64,000 nt of DNA from Balanoglossus misakiensis (lineage: Eukaryota > Animalia > Hemichordata), in assembly GCA_040954595.2 (NCBI GenBank), contig CM082578.2, positions 1,346,831-1,410,830 on the forward strand, in the 5' to 3' direction. Shown here piece by piece: positions 63,177 through 64,000 of this stretch (within the stretch, counting starts at the first letter, position 1; each line of letters begins with the position of its first letter). The position numbers and the translations under genes were made by a program. The notes under the pieces were generated by a model, which worked only from the letters and a program-made list of their open reading frames with translations, did no database searches and was not told the DNA's origin.

Positions 63177-64000
63177 GTAACTATAAATTTTTTCCATGTT
63201 TATTTCATTTTTTAAGTCATTTGGACTTTAAAACAGAAAATCTTAGTATACATATCAATAAAATATTACATAGAATGCTAACACACTCCAAATATGGAGA
63301 CAACAACAACAATAAGTTGCATGTTACAATGGATGTGATTATTGAAATGTTTTTTTCTTAAAATCTAACTCTTACCTTCCTTGTTGTTTATGTATTCATT
63401 AATACTGATGATACTATGACTTCTAAATATTTGATCTGTGGAATAAAAATGGGGGGTCAACAAGCTATAGCAACCAACAGTATTGTAAACACACGAAAAT
63501 TTCAGTCCCAAATTTAATAAATATATCTTATGTACTAAAATATCCTCTCAGCATTACACTACAACTTTGTTTAAAAAACACTGGAAATAAAATTTAACTT
63601 TTTACACTCTGGGCAGAAACCTGCGCAAACAACTAAAATATTGCTTAAAGAGAAAATCATTATAGAATTCTTTAACATGTTTTTAAAAATCGCGTCAAGG
63701 ACACGGTGGTCCCATTGAGGGATTATACAAGAAAAAGTCTACACCAGAGTACATGGCCATATACAGACAGACACACACACACACACTTAGCGAGAGATCA
63801 ATGGGCAAGCACTGACTAACCCATTAGCTGCCAATGGCATATGTACTGTACATACACTAAATAGAACAAGCCAGTTATGTAATCTTTCAGGAATTTGTAT
63901 ATAATTCACTGCCTCAGGAGGGGGCTTCCTGCCTAATTAAAACAACTCAATAAAATAAATACACACCAATTTGCAAAGCAATCTGACCAGTAATAATAAT

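Larger units (their letters stand above)
61532..63180 (+). mobile_element. Harbinger transposon left portion in the last UBE2J1 intron
   Basis: TAA|AGGCCGAGTTACACG terminus followed by repeated GGCAACTCG subterminal motifs, then a transposase 5' region. Right end not found. Confidence 0.75.

Overview
Eukaryotic, AT-rich, repeat-dense window, probably from a marine invertebrate (inferred from the repeat families, not established). The only host gene segment I recognise is the last coding exon of a UBE2J1 orthologue (minus strand, 60862-61437). The most notable object is a complete 6.9-kb DNA transposon (14342-21265). It has perfect 20-bp TIRs and a 2-bp TG target-site duplication, confirmed by empty-site copies inside this window. 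It encodes a predicted 3-exon, ~1290-aa transposase carrying the RAG1/Transib catalytic and zinc-binding motifs plus a SAP-like insertion, but it has no RSS-like ends, no 5-bp TSD and no RAG2-like gene. Also present: a 5.7-kb Pangu-like PHIS transposon with a divergent second gene, Harbinger remnants, an EN+RT LINE and several LINE 3' fragments, a truncated LTR retrotransposon in three copies, two local segmental duplications, a ~7.7-kb 82/86/89-bp satellite array, minisatellites and many MITE/foldback elements. All family assignments come from motif recognition by eye; no searches were run.
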